In this document: positions 14,242 through 26,460 of the stretch, in pieces
How the letters are laid out: each line of letters starts with the position of its first letter
Numbering within the stretch: the first letter of the stretch is position 1
Source: Octopus bimaculoides
Lineage: Eukaryota
NCBI RefSeq assembly: GCF_001194135.2
Contig: NC_068992.1
Span: 22,320,099 to 22,384,098, forward strand
Length of the DNA: 64,000 nucleotides
Direction of reading: 5' to 3'
The notes under the pieces: generated by a model
What the model was told of the DNA's origin: nothing
The model's database searches: none
The model's input: only the letters and a program-made list of their open reading frames with translations
Made by a program: the position numbers and the translations under genes

Positions 14242-14736
14242 GGATATTCATAGATATGTTGTTTATATGTATAGTAATATATGTGTGTTTCCACATATAT
14301 AAACACAAGCACATATAGAGATACTCATATACATACATACATACATACATACATTTACACAAATAGACAAATAAGGGCACACACTTGCACACACATATAC
14401 ACACCCGTATATATATATATATATATATGTACATATATGCATACATATATTGACAACTGGTGTAGAAATGTGTGTGGAGGCTCAGTGTTTGTATTGTTCA
14501 CCACTTCGTATTTATTAGTCGTTGAAGTTACACAGCCGTTTATGGACTTGGCATAGAAATTCACTCTTCATTCATTCATCTATAAAATTACACACGCTCG
14601 CGCACACACTTGCTCAGACTCTCGCACAAACACACATAAATATAACTATATCAATATATGTATTTGCACGTCTATTTTTGATACATATGCATGCATGTAC
14701 GCACAAATTGCATAAATACTCACACACATGGTACCA

Positions 14737-14771
<35 letters not shown>

Positions 14772-14772
14772 G

Positions 14773-14843
<71 letters not shown>

Positions 14844-15010
14844 GCTATATCGTAAAGGAACAACGTGTGAGTACAGTCATTTATGGTAGCATAACTTATT
14901 GTCCTTTCCTTTTCCCGCAGGTGATTTCACGATCTGAATTCTAAACCGGATCCTCTTTGGCTTTCTTCTTTTCTAGGTCCAGTGCAACATCATGTTCAAT
15001 AGACTTAGCC

Positions 15011-15069
15011 CTACTTTATAAATTTGTAGTACTGTGTCAGTGTTATGGGGGAAAGACATTTAGAATATG
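15011..15069 (-). CDS. candidate terminal coding exon (.YSKCLSPITLTQYYKFIK*)
   Basis: Acceptor attctacattttgcttcAG at 15071-15070; the phase-1 frame is open to TAG at 15013-15011. No homology recognised. Confidence 0.15.
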
Positions 15070-15412
15070 CTGAAGCAAAATGTAGAATATATAGTAACTG
15101 ACGTTCGGGTGATTTAACGCTTTCTGTTTTACGTAAGAAGCCACAGCCATGAGAGAAACCGAATTCCTCTCAACGACTTTAGAAAATGAGACCGGTGAAT
15201 GTCGGCAAATGCGTTTTAATCAATAGATATGAAGCAATTCCTTTTATAATTCATCAAATAAATCCATAAATTCAATGATAGTACATGGGCGCCCATAGAT
15301 AGGCACGCAGATACACAGATACACATAAGTAAATACATGTTAATGAAGAATTCGAAAATAAGTGCCCAGTACAACGGTGAAAAAATAATTCTTTTAAATA
15401 AAATTTATATTA

Positions 15413-15490
15413 AATCCCGGTGTCGATTTGTTCGACTAAAGGCAATGCTCCAACATGGCTACACTCAAATGACTGATTCAAATAAAAGAA
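15413..15490 (+). mobile_element. SINE group A, 3' end fragment
   Basis: 'gtcgatttgttcgactaaaggcaatgctccaacatggc...caaatgactga'. Confidence 0.75.
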
Positions 15491-16276
15491 TATATATATA
15501 NNNNNNNNNNNNNNNNNNNNNNNNNNNNNNNNNNNNNNNNNNNNNNNNNNNNNNNNNNNNNNNNNNNNNNNNNNNNNNNNNNNNNNNNNNNNNNNNNNNN
15601 NNNNNNNNNNNNNNNNNNNNNNNNNNNNNNNNNNNNNNNNNNNNNNNNNNNNNNNNNNNNNNNNNNNNNNNNNNNNNNNNNNNNNNNNNNNNNNNNNNNN
15701 NNNNNNNNNNNNNNNNNNNNNNNNNNNNNNNNNNNNNNNNNNNNNNNNNNNNNNNNNNNNNNNNNNNNNNNNNNNNNNNNNNNNNNNNNNNNNNNNNNNN
15801 NNNNNNNNNNNNNNNNNNNNNNNNNNNNNNNNNNNNNNNNNNNNNNNNNNNNNNNNNNNNNNNNNNNNNNNNNNNNNNNNNNNNNNNNNNNNNNNNNNNN
15901 NNNNNNNNNNNNNNNNNNNNNNNNNNNNNNNNNNNNNNNNNNNNNNNNNNNNNNNNNNNNNNNNNNNNNNNNNNNNNNNNNNNNNNNNNNNNNNNNNNNN
16001 NNNNNNNNNNNNNNNNNNNNNNNNNNNNNNNNNNNNNNNNNNNNNNNNNNNNNNNNNNNNNNNNNNNNNNNNNNNNNNNNNNNNNNNNNNNNNNNNNNNN
16101 NNNNNNNNNNNNNNNNNNNNNNNNNNNNNNNNNNNNNNNNNNNNNNNNNNNNNNNNNNNNNNNNNNNNNNNNNNNNNNNNNNNNNNNNNNNNNNNNNNNN
16201 NNNNNNNNNNNNNNNNNNNNNNNNNNNNNNNNNNNNNNNNNNNNNNNNNNNNNNNNNNNNNNNNNNNNNNNNNNNN

Positions 16277-16308
<32 letters not shown>

Positions 16309-16454
16309 TGTATATAGATATATATAGGCATATAGATATATATAGGCATATATATATATATCAGTATATGTGTGTGTGTGTGTGGCATATATATATATAT
16401 ATATATATATACATGCACATATGTATATATAGTTATATATGTTAGATAAAAGAG

Positions 16455-16628
16455 CTCAAAGGTGTATCCAGAGCCATGGCCGTCTGGACAGAACGCCAGT
16501 CCGTCACAGTATTTTCCCCAGATTAGTGGAATCGTGCAACGTCGAATGGAGTGGTTTGCATCGCCTGGCCCAGGAATCGAAACTACGGTCTTACGATCAT
16601 GAGTACAACACCACTAACCATGCGTCTC
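16455..16628 (-). mobile_element. SINE group B fragment (tRNA-like head)
   Basis: 'ccaggaatcgaaactacggtcttacgatcatgag...accactaaccatgcg' matches the head ends at 22790-22860 and 60850-60895. Confidence 0.6.
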
Positions 16629-16689
16629 CACACACAGATACAAAGACACAGACACACACACACACACAAATGCTCACACACACATGCAT

Positions 16690-16961
16690 GAGAACAGTAA
16701 TGGTGGTGCCAATTATAATTGGTGCGTGCGGAACAGTAAGCAAAGATGTAGACAGTTGGATGAAGGAGATTGGAATAGAATGCTCGGTAGAGCTCCTACG
16801 GAAGGTTTGTCTCTTAGGAAGAGCAGGAATTATCAGGAGGGTTTTAAACACTTGAAAGATAACTGAAAACTTGTGGATACCTAAGGATACAGGTAGTAAG
16901 CCGCTACCCACATAAACCCTACCAGGAATAAGACCGAACCTGAGCCAAACTAAAATAATAA
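16690..16961 (+). mobile_element. 3' end of an R4/Dong-clade non-LTR retrotransposon (restriction-like endonuclease C-terminus plus 3' UTR)
   Basis: Translation VMVVPIIIGACGTVSKDVDSWMKEIGIECSVELLRKVCLLGRAGIIRRVLNT* matches the VVPvviGAlG...Qk.alLgtA.IlRrvL terminus typical of R4/Dong/Rex6-type RLE LINEs. Ends in an 'aaataataa' tail. Confidence 0.8.
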
Positions 16962-18149
16962 ATTTTTCTTTATTGGCCACAAGGGCCGAATACAAATGAA
17001 AAGGGACAATACAAAATAAGGGACAAGTGATACTCAGCACAAAAGTTCGTGTACAAAATAAAACAATAACAATTGACAACATCACGTATTTTGTGATAAG
17101 CCACAGTATGCATCAGACTGATGACGTCAGCAATAAATTGACCAGTCAAGATTGAGAAATGCTAATAATTAGCCATGCTATAGGCAGCCCCGTCATGGTA
17201 ATAGAATACACAAAAGCAGACGTAGCAAGTGTTTACCAAGGGCTATACGACTACCAGCTGATTTTCGGCAGCGTTCGATTTCTGAAACACAAACTATCTT
17301 TTGTAGAGAGTTGAATTAAAACTTAAGTATGTGGGGCCACACTCGTATTCTTACTTACGTTTATTTTCCTCACTTTTGCTTATGTTCTCAAAATTTGTCT
17401 GTTTACAAGATGAAGTTAGCTATATAACTACAGAACCAGTTTACTACATAATTTGAACTATATTCTACAACTTGTTTGTTTAACTGACATGTATGAACAA
17501 GTGTATAATTTACAAATGTTTATAGTTTGATAATCATAACATTTTCTCCTTTCTGTGTTATAATACCGTCAGCTTAGATCTGTTTTTACATGAGGGCCAT
17601 TTTAGTATGATTAAACGGTTGTAGTAAACGGAATTGATTTTTTTTACTTATCATGGTTTCTTTCTGAACTGCCCCTTGCTAGACGATAAACATTGAATAA
17701 AAAGTAGTCAGCATAAGCAAAAGATATAAGAATAAAAGAATTCAACAAGACAGCTTCCCCAATAGTGGGGAAGACTACCAAAATAAATTTGGGAAACATT
17801 TAAGACAGTGGACCGGCTTAAAGTATCAAAAGTGCTCTTTCTGATTTCATTTCTCCCTCCTTAATAAAGTATATTCATGGAAGGCCCATTCACCATAGCT
17901 TTTTGAACGTGCACTCATTTCGTTAAAGAGACTATAAGGCAGCACCTTCCTCTATATCCTTACATTCCTCTTCAAGTGGCACTTGATGTTGATGAGAGCA
18001 TAGCCACAGAATAAAATGAAACCTTTCAGACGAGTCGACCGAATCAGTTCTTATTGCTAAATCCACCAAGAAGAGAAAGACTAATCGTCCATCTCTATGA
18101 ATGAATGTGATCATTTCATTTTCTCTCGTAACGACTCGTAACAGCGGAA

Positions 18150-18790
18150 TTCGTCCAACCAATGTCAACAACTGTTTGACACAGACTCACATGTCGGTAA
18201 TGCAAGACCATTGAACATTAGTGTGTTTGTGTGTTTCATCGCACTGTGCGAATCTCAGGCAAGCTTGGCAGTTGTCTCTCGAAATAACAGAACTTTTCTC
18301 GAGCAGGAAATTACCTCTCATGGCACTGCAATGTCGAGCACTTGAGAAGTTGTTCATCGACCACCCACTTGAATGGCTTCCAGTCACAGCAGTTCAAACT
18401 GCTTTTGTCAAAGTTTAGAGTCATTTTCAGAGAATCGTTGCGCATTGTTTCTCTGTGAACCTTCGCTTTATGTTCTCTGTTTGTCGAGCATAAGAAAGCG
18501 AAGGTCAATTTTTCGCTTTTAGCGTTGTCCACCTGACAGCGCTGTCAGTGCCTGAACACATTCTAGTGTCAGGCGCTCAAATTTGGTCGGCAGAAATGCG
18601 TGTCGCACGAAAGGCGCCCACACGACTTCTTAACTCTCGTCATCGTCGCCGCCATCGAAATGGTCCAGAAATTTCTGCAAGTGCGTCAGCCTCAGTGCGA
18701 GCTGACATAATCATCGACGGCATCTCATGAAGACCAGAAAGGTGGTGTTGACAGCTGACCCTTCCACAAGTAGAGGAAAAGCATGTGTTC
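18150..18790 (-). mobile_element. decayed RTE-clade LINE relic (RT motif C/D region and C-terminus)
   Basis: With frameshifts the minus strand gives DD...ARTEAD-LQKFLDHF (RTE consensus ADD..AHTEADLQ..VD.F), then RNDSLKMTL...DW (RYKDSLK..L....W) and TCES...DIG (C..C....RIGL). Higher GC than the flanks. Confidence 0.5.
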
Positions 18791-18912
18791 CAGTCTGGAC
18801 TGATAATTTTAAAGACAAGCTGTTACATCAGGCGGTAGCACACCACCAAGGCGATGTAGGCACTAACCATTTCCGCCTTTGACAGCGACAGGTTTTATGT
18901 GTTTGTGTGTGA

Positions 18913-18968
<56 letters not shown>

Positions 18969-19430
18969 NNNNNNNNNNNNNNNNNNNNNNNNNNNNNNNN
19001 NNNNNNNNNNNNNNNNNNNNNNNNNNNNNNNNNNNNNNNNNNNNNNNNNNNNNNNNNNNNNNNNNNNNNNNNNNNNNNNNNNNNNNNNNNNNNNNNNNNN
19101 NNNNNNNNNNNNNNNNNNNNNNNNNNNNNNNNNNNNNNNNNNNNNNNNNNNNNNNNNNNNNNNNNNNNNNNNNNNNNNNNNNNNNNNNNNNNNNNNNNNN
19201 NNNNNNNNNNNNNNNNNNNNNNNNNNNNNNNNNNNNNNNNNNNNNNNNNNNNNNNNNNNNNNNNNNNNNNNNNNNNNNNNNNNNNNNNNNNNNNNNNNNN
19301 NNNNNNNNNNNNNNNNNNNNNNNNNNNNNNNNNNNNNNNNNNNNNNNNNNNNNNNNNNNNNNNNNNNNNNNNNNNNNNNNNNNNNNNNNNNNNNNNNNNN
19401 NNNNNNNNNNNNNNNNNNNNNNNNNNNNNN

Positions 19431-19492
<62 letters not shown>

Positions 19493-19915
19493 CATTCATA
19501 TATACGCGCATGTATGTATATATGTGTATGTTCACATGTATGGGTATACATGTATATATACGTGTATGTGTGTAAATATGTGTGTATATACATATATATG
19601 TATATATATATATATGTGTGTATGTATATATGTGTTTATACGTATGTATGCATATATACGCGCATGTATGTACATATATGTATGCATTTGTTTGTGTTTA
19701 TGTGTGTGAGTGTATATGTATGTAAATGTATCAATGCATATATGTGACTGTATATATATGTATATGAATGTATATATATATATAAATGTATATGCGTGTA
19801 TATATATATATTTGTATATAATAAATAAATACATATATATGCCTATATATATATATATACAGGCATACACACACACATATATATAATGTATATATGTATA
19901 TGAGTATATATATGT

Positions 19916-19960
<45 letters not shown>

Positions 19961-20168
19961 AATAAATATAAATATACTCATGCATGTATTTATATACGTA
20001 TGTATGTATGTATCTATCAGTCTATGTATATATATCTATATCTATATATACATGCATCTATCTATATAGATATATATATGTGTGCGTGTGTATGTATATG
20101 TATGTATTGTATACATTTTACATATATATATACATATATATACATATTTATTTATATACATATTTATT

Positions 20169-20259
<91 letters not shown>

Positions 20260-20783
20260 GCAAGTATACATGGGTGTGTATGTATATGTGTATGCAAATA
20301 TGTACGCATATGTATGTATTGGGACACTCTATATTTCAGTAAATGTAGGCAGTCACTTCTTTTTCCAGGGGAATTGGTACATAAAATGAAATGATCTTGG
20401 CGACAAAGTCACATCTAGAAATTGCGAATTTTATCTACTTCCCATCTATGCACATTAAAGCGAGTAGAATAATTTAACTCGCCTGAGGAGATAATTAATG
20501 TATATGACAACATTTGATCTTGTAATCTGTGACTCAGAATTACTGTAACTTTCTCATTCAGGCACAAAATTGTGCAGCTATTTTTCTTAATTAGGTGTAG
20601 TTTTCGTTTAATTAGAAGTAGTTCTGTTGATTATTCTGTTGTTTCATTTTTCTGTATTTCACTGGCAAGATTCCTGATATGAACTTGTGTGCTGAAGTGC
20701 GTGTGTTTTTATTGACTTAATGAACCGCCCGAGATTCAAGGAATTCTGCTGTTTATTTGTACATATAGGGACAGATGATGTCG

Positions 20784-20931
20784 TGTGATAAGAAGCTTGC
20801 ATTCTAATTACATGGTTCCAGTTTCAATCTCACTGCGTGGCACTTTAGGCAGATGTTTTCTACCATAGCCTCTAGTCGACCAAAGCCTTGTGAGTGGATT
20901 TGGTGAACGGAAACTGGAAGAAACCCATCGT

Positions 20932-20974
<43 letters not shown>

Positions 20975-21230
20975 CTTCAAGGCGGTGCACCATCATGGCT
21001 GCAGTCTAATGACTGAAATAATCCTCAGCCACTGCTTCACAACCGGCTTTGTTGTTTTTAATGTCCCCGTAATATAGCGGTTCGGCAAAACAGACCGATA
21101 GACTATGTAGCAGTCTTAAAATAAAATAGAAAGGGAATCGTTTCATTCTACTAACAAGTCTTGAAGGCGGTGCACCAGCATGGCCGCAGTCTAATGACAG
21201 AAACAAAATAGATAAACGATAAAAAGAAAA
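20784..21230 (+). mobile_element. SINE group A, rearranged: head-(TA)n-terminus followed by a second 3' half
   Basis: The 3' terminal motif 'aaggcggtgcacca.catggc.gcagtctaatgac.gaaa' occurs twice (about 20978 and 21163). Confidence 0.8.
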
Positions 21231-21325
21231 GACATATAGACGATAATATTGTTCAGTCTCCAGTATGGTTTTACGTTGAATATGATATCTTTGTTTATTT
21301 CGGGGAGTTCGACATAACCTGTCAC

Positions 21326-21388
21326 CTGGTTTAATCCTCCTAAGTTTATTGAGCAGACTCCATTCTGTAGCAAACTCTCTGTAAACAT
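21326..21388 (-). CDS. candidate internal exon ((D)VYREFATEWSLLNKLRRIKP), unknown protein
   Basis: Acceptor caaacAG at 21390-21389 with an in-frame stop just upstream; donor CCAG|GTGACA at 21325, alternative GACAG|GTTATG at 21318. Non-repetitive, protein-like composition. Confidence 0.25.
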
Positions 21389-22529
21389 CTGTTTGAGGCT
21401 AACTACACACTGAGATAATTTTTCTATGAATGAGAGGAAGAAGAAATTGAGTCTATTACTTGACTAGTACTTTATTTCACAACCCTCGAAGAGACGACAA
21501 GCAAAGTTAGACCCGGTAGAACCACGAACTCGCAGCGCAAGAACCGGAACAAACACCAGAGTGAATTCTAGCCGAGGTTTACAATAATCATTAATTCACT
21601 GCTTTTCCATAACGAATAGAATATAACAACATATTCAGTGAATATGTTTTTATATATTAATACTTTTCTATCTCAGTAAAAAAATATATATAAAAAGATC
21701 AGTAATCATTCGATATTTTTTCATGCACTTCAATATCATTATTTACATTTATGTGGTGGTGGTAGTAGTAGTAGTAGTAGCAGATGTGATAATATTGTAA
21801 ATAAGATACGAAATATAGAATAGCAACACCTTTGTTTTTCTGTTTATATATTGCTTGCTATGTAGCACCTGTCATTCAATGTGATTATGAGAGAGTCATG
21901 AGAGAATTCTCTGTCGAACAGGATAGGTAATTAACTGGTATTGATTAAATTTAAGACAGAATAGAAGACGCAGTGAACCGTTGGTCGGTAAGTTCTTGGC
22001 AAGCCAAGAAAAATATTTAAATGCCTCCCAAGTCAGGGAAAGATTAGAAGGATTAAAGACTAATGTTTAGCTTCGGTTTCATGGTATTAAGTGAATAAGT
22101 GGTGAAAACAAATACCTACCTGAGTGGAATGATTGTTCATCCGCAATTGATATTTTAGAACATATGGTACTTATATCGTTGGGCTGTCAGATAAATTCGT
22201 TCGTTTCTTTTTTCTTACTATAAGGCATTTTATAGCTATATGCCTGCAAAGATGTAAAATTGATTCGAATTTCAAAAGCTAAAAACAAAAGTTATAGAAC
22301 GAGAATAGACCTCCGGAAAAAAAGCAAAACAAAACAAAAAGCAAGACAAAAATAACATAGGTTACTTCAATAAAACTATTCTTCGTGTTAATTTAAATAA
22401 AAATGGAAAAAAAAAATCAAATAAATGAAAACCAAAAAAGCTCAGCGAATTTATCTGACGATCTAAAAAGTATTAGGAAAAATTGTGACGTGTATAACGT
22501 AGGATTCAGTGTAAAAAAAAGAACGGGTA

Positions 22530-22862
22530 ACGACCCTTTTGGTCATAAATGACCATGGAATTACACCTTGAAAGTTCCCTTCCTAGGCACAAGCTCAGGC
22601 TAGGTTGTTTATGGAAGATCAGCAGTCCCCCATGCATACCAGCCTCCCCTCTCCATGTCACCAATGTTATTTAAGGGAGGAGCGAAGGCCGATATATCTT
22701 GGCACCAGTGATGTCACAATTCATTCCCACAACTGAGTGAATTGGAGCAACGTGAAAATAAAGTGTCTTGCTCAAAAACACAACACACGGCCTGGTATGG
22801 GAATCGAACTCACTTCCTCATGATTGTGAGCCCGACGCTCTAACCACTAAACCATGCGCCTT
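22530..22862 (-). mobile_element. SINE group B, tRNA-like head with RTE-5'-like body/tail
   Basis: Minus strand: 'gcgcatggtttagtggttagagcgtcgggctcacaatcatgaggaagtgagttcgattccc' (A and B boxes), 'ttgagcaagacactttatttt', then 'ggagaggggaggctggtatgcatggg...ccataaacaacctagcc' resembling RTE 5' regions (recalled similarity). Confidence 0.8.
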
Positions 22863-22899
22863 CTGTGCTGTTAAAATAAACAATAAAAAGCTAGATCAG

Positions 22900-23200
22900 T
22901 GCGCTGTTTCCTGGAGCCTAGATCAATGGAAGAATGCCACCAAGGAGGTTGGCACGGCAGCTGAAACAAGTTCAAGGTGGCGATGGTTGATAAAAGACTA
23001 GTTCAGTCCTTGCTGCCCCACTCAGGCAGAGCGTACAGGCTAAGGAGCAAAATACTTGTAACTCTGAGATACGTGCTGACGATTCGGAAGGCTTTCCAGC
23101 ATTGCGATGGATTTAGATCTCGCAAAACGTCTGAGTGGCTCCTGCAGTTTCTGCGTGGAGCAAAGTATCTTCGATGCTTATTTCAGCGGTACTGGATTTA
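22900..23200 (-). mobile_element. possible decayed RTE-like LINE 3' relic
   Basis: Minus-strand DVLRDLNPSQCWKA...GSKD*TSLLS resembles RTE DVCKRDL....SWE.LA...KDC..IGL.SH. Weak; an alternative CR1-like plus-strand reading (ADD...SEWLLQF) exists. Confidence 0.3.
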
Positions 23201-23296
23201 AAAATCCAGACCTAGATAGTCGAATTAGTGTCTGGGGTCTAATTCCTAGATAAAACAACATAATTCTAATGATTAAAATATACAGCTATATTTAAT

Positions 23297-23511
23297 GCGG
23301 CGAGCTGGTTGAATCATTAGCATGCCAGGCAAAAATGCTTATCGGCATTTCGTTCGTCTTTACGTTTACAGTTCATATTTCGCCGTGATCGACTTTAAAT
23401 TTCGTCCTTTCTGGGTCGATATAATGAGTACCAGTTGAGCACGGTGGTCGATGTTATCGGCTTACCACTCTTCCGAAATCGCTGCCCTTGTGGCAAAAAA
23501 TTGAATCCAAT
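23297..23511 (+). mobile_element. SINE group M, full length
   Basis: 'gcggcgagctggttgaatcattagc...gggtcgatataatgagtaccagttgagcac...ccttgtggcaaaa'. Confidence 0.85.
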
Positions 23512-24099
23512 GTAAAATTTTTTTATTTGTCACACTGGTACAAGACGACCAACAATAAATCTTTACCAGTACACTACTGTCACTAATTATCGATTTTTAG
23601 AGAGATGGAAGCTAAGAACAAGGTTGAATTCAGAAAATGGAGATATGTAACAAGATACTGCCAGTCTGCTATAGAAGATTTAGATAATTACTTGCCTTGA
23701 AAATCTTAGTTATCACGTTTATCTTGAAGAAGTAACATGTAACACGAAATATCTCTAACGGCTGCAGTGGATTTTCTATGTTGATATAATGACATAATAT
23801 TTTTTTCCTATGTCTATAAACGTACAGATTTAAAAGTGAAAGGCCAAGAAACAGCTGACAGAATTAGTTGGAATAGCCTGGATGTATTGAATGAATTAAT
23901 TGAAGGATAGTTTAAACAGTTATCAAAATTTGTCCAGTGGTATAGCATTTTGTCTCCAGCACGTTTACAAAAGACATCACGTAAACACACCATTTTTTTC
24001 TTTCTGTGTCTCCGTTGACTCTCTCAACGTATCTACTTTCTCTTTATCTAAACTTTTGAGTCACAGACGATAAACATGGTAACTCACCCTACTTCTATT

Positions 24100-24219
24100 C
24101 TGGTCTATGTTTGTATGTATGTATGTATGTATGTATGTATGTATGTATGTATGTATGTATGTATGTATGTTTGTATGTATGTATCTGTCTGTCTGTCTCT
24201 CTATCTATCTTTCTGTCCG

Positions 24220-24262
<43 letters not shown>

Positions 24263-24265
24263 CTA
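24100..24265. repeat. (TATG)n-(TCTG)n-(TCTA)n compound microsatellite
   Basis: Read directly from the sequence. Confidence 0.95.
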
Positions 24266-24379
24266 TTACATAGACTTTTATATGCTATAATAATATCCTT
24301 GTCTCCAATGTTATGATGGTACTGGTAAAGAATATATATTTAAATAGTTTCCTATTGCCTTTTAGCGGTAGATGTAAAT

Positions 24380-24980
24380 CCTGAGACGTCTAAGATTGGA
24401 TGAAACACCAAGAGAAAGCAAGAGAAGGTAGAAAGTTGTAGTAGTAGTAGCAGTATAAATATTAGTAGTGGTAGGAGAAATATGAGGATGAAGAGAAGAA
24501 GGAGGAGGGCAAGGAGGTGGAGAAGAAGAAAAGGAGTAACCAGACACAACGATAAACGAAAAAGAACAGACGATAATGAAGTTGAGGAAGTTTAGTAAAC
24601 GAAGACGGAAAATAATGAAAACAAAAACAAGAGGAACAAGTAGGATGAAAAAGAAAAAGAAATGGAGAAGTGTTTGTATGTGTGTATGTATGTGCGTGTG
24701 AGGAAGAGAGAGAGAGAGTGTGTAGAGAATGAGATAGACACAAAAATACAATACAATTGGAACAACAAGAAGATTAAGAAAAATAAAAATATAAGCAAGG
24801 AAAAGAAAAGAATAACGAAGAAAAAAAATCCAGTCAGAAATATAAGAGATAGCAACAAATGGAGGACAAAGGGAAGACAAATAAAATCAATAAAAATAGT
24901 AGTAGTGGTGTTTGTGGTGGTGGTGGTAGTAGTAGTGGTGTTTGTGGTGGAGGTGGTAGTAGTAGTAGTAGTAGTGGAAA
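24380..24980. repeat. purine-rich low-complexity tract with (TAG)/(TGG) repeats
   Basis: A/G-dominated; tandem 'tagtagtagtggtgtttgtggtgg' at about 24897-24960. Confidence 0.8.
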
Positions 24981-25185
24981 TAGGGTTAGTGAAGAAACGG
25001 CAGTAAGCCATAGTGATATAAACCTTCATTCACATGAACTCTTATCGTGATACAGAATAATATTGATATGTGAAATTGTTAGTGACCTTGTACGAAGAAG
25101 AGAGACCTAGTGTGATTCGATCAGAGTCTAGAAATCTAAATCTGAACACACACACACACACACACACATATATACACATACTTAT

Positions 25186-25234
<49 letters not shown>

Positions 25235-25329
25235 CATGTATGTATGTATGTATGTATTTATGTATGTATTGGTCTGTATGTATATAAACATATATGTATA
25301 TATATATAAATAAATAAATAAATAAATAC

Positions 25330-25367
<38 letters not shown>

Positions 25368-25403
25368 ACATAATGGTGCTGATGATGAAAATTATAATAG
25401 TCC

Positions 25404-25470
25404 TTTCTACTATAGGCACAAGGCCTGAAATTTTTTGGGAGGGGACTAACGATTCTGCCGGCTCTCCACC

Positions 25471-25502
<32 letters not shown>

Positions 25503-25686
25503 CCTTTGTACTGAAGGCAAAAGGCCTTGAAATCTTGGCGGAGGGGACTAGTCGATTGCATCGACCCCAGTGTCTCACTGGTACTTAATTTATCGACCCC
25601 GAAAGGATGAACTCAGAACGTAATAACGGACGAAATATCGTTAAGCAATTCGCCCGGGCTGCTAACGATTCTGCCAGCTCGCTGAC

Positions 25687-25690
<4 letters not shown>
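25404..25690 (-). mobile_element. two tandem SINE group M copies (first internally deleted) separated by (TAA)n
   Basis: 25404-25472 joins the tail 'ggggact' directly to the head 'aacgattctgcc'; 25504-25690 is nearly complete. Confidence 0.85.
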
Positions 25691-25774
<84 letters not shown>

Positions 25775-25840
25775 TGATGATGATGATGATAATAATGATG
25801 ATGATGATGATGATGATGATGATAATAATAATAACAACAA
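25689..25840. repeat. (TAA)n-(GAT)n compound trinucleotide array
   Basis: Read directly from the sequence. Confidence 0.95.
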
Positions 25841-26404
25841 TACAGCTACATAAGCAAAGACAAATAAGTATATAATAAACAAGAAATACGGGTAAATATG
25901 TATACGTAAAGGAGAAAAAAAATCAAACAATAAAGGAAATAGAAATAAATAATAAAAGAGCTAACAATAGATAAATAACATTGATCAGACTTTAACAATA
26001 ATTCTCCACTCCGGCAAATGGATCGGTTTCATTTAGTTGGCTTCTTTCTTTTATATCTGCCTATATATGTATATGCATATATGTATATGTATATGTATAT
26101 ATATGTATATANNNNNNNNNNNNNNNNNNNNNNNNNNNNNNNNNNNNNNNNNNNNNNNNNNNNNNNNNNNNNNNNNNNNNNNNNNNNNNNNNNNNNNNNN
26201 NNNNNNNNNNNNNNNNNNNNNNNNNNNNNNNNNNNNNNNNNNNNNNNNNNNNNNNNNNNNNNNNNNNNNNNNNNNNNNNNNNNNNNNNNNNNNNNNNNNN
26301 NNNNNNNNNNNNNNNNNNNNNNNNNNNNNNNNNNNNNNNNNNNNNNNNNNNNNNNNNNNNNNNNNNNNNNNNNNNNNNNNNNNNNNNNNNNNNNNNNNNN
26401 NNNN

Positions 26405-26460
<56 letters not shown>

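Noticed and set aside
14921-15035. Strong plus-strand acceptor (ttttcccgcAG) and minus-strand peptide RAKSIEHDVALDLEKKKAKEDPV*
   Set aside because: All plus frames stop within 8 codons, and the minus peptide lacks a credible acceptor.
17932-18387. Tc1-like transposase reading (SRDNCQACLRFAQ...QWSCITD; HRDGRLVF)
   Set aside because: Motif spacing does not fit a DD34E domain, and much of the same stretch is better explained as an RTE LINE C-terminus.
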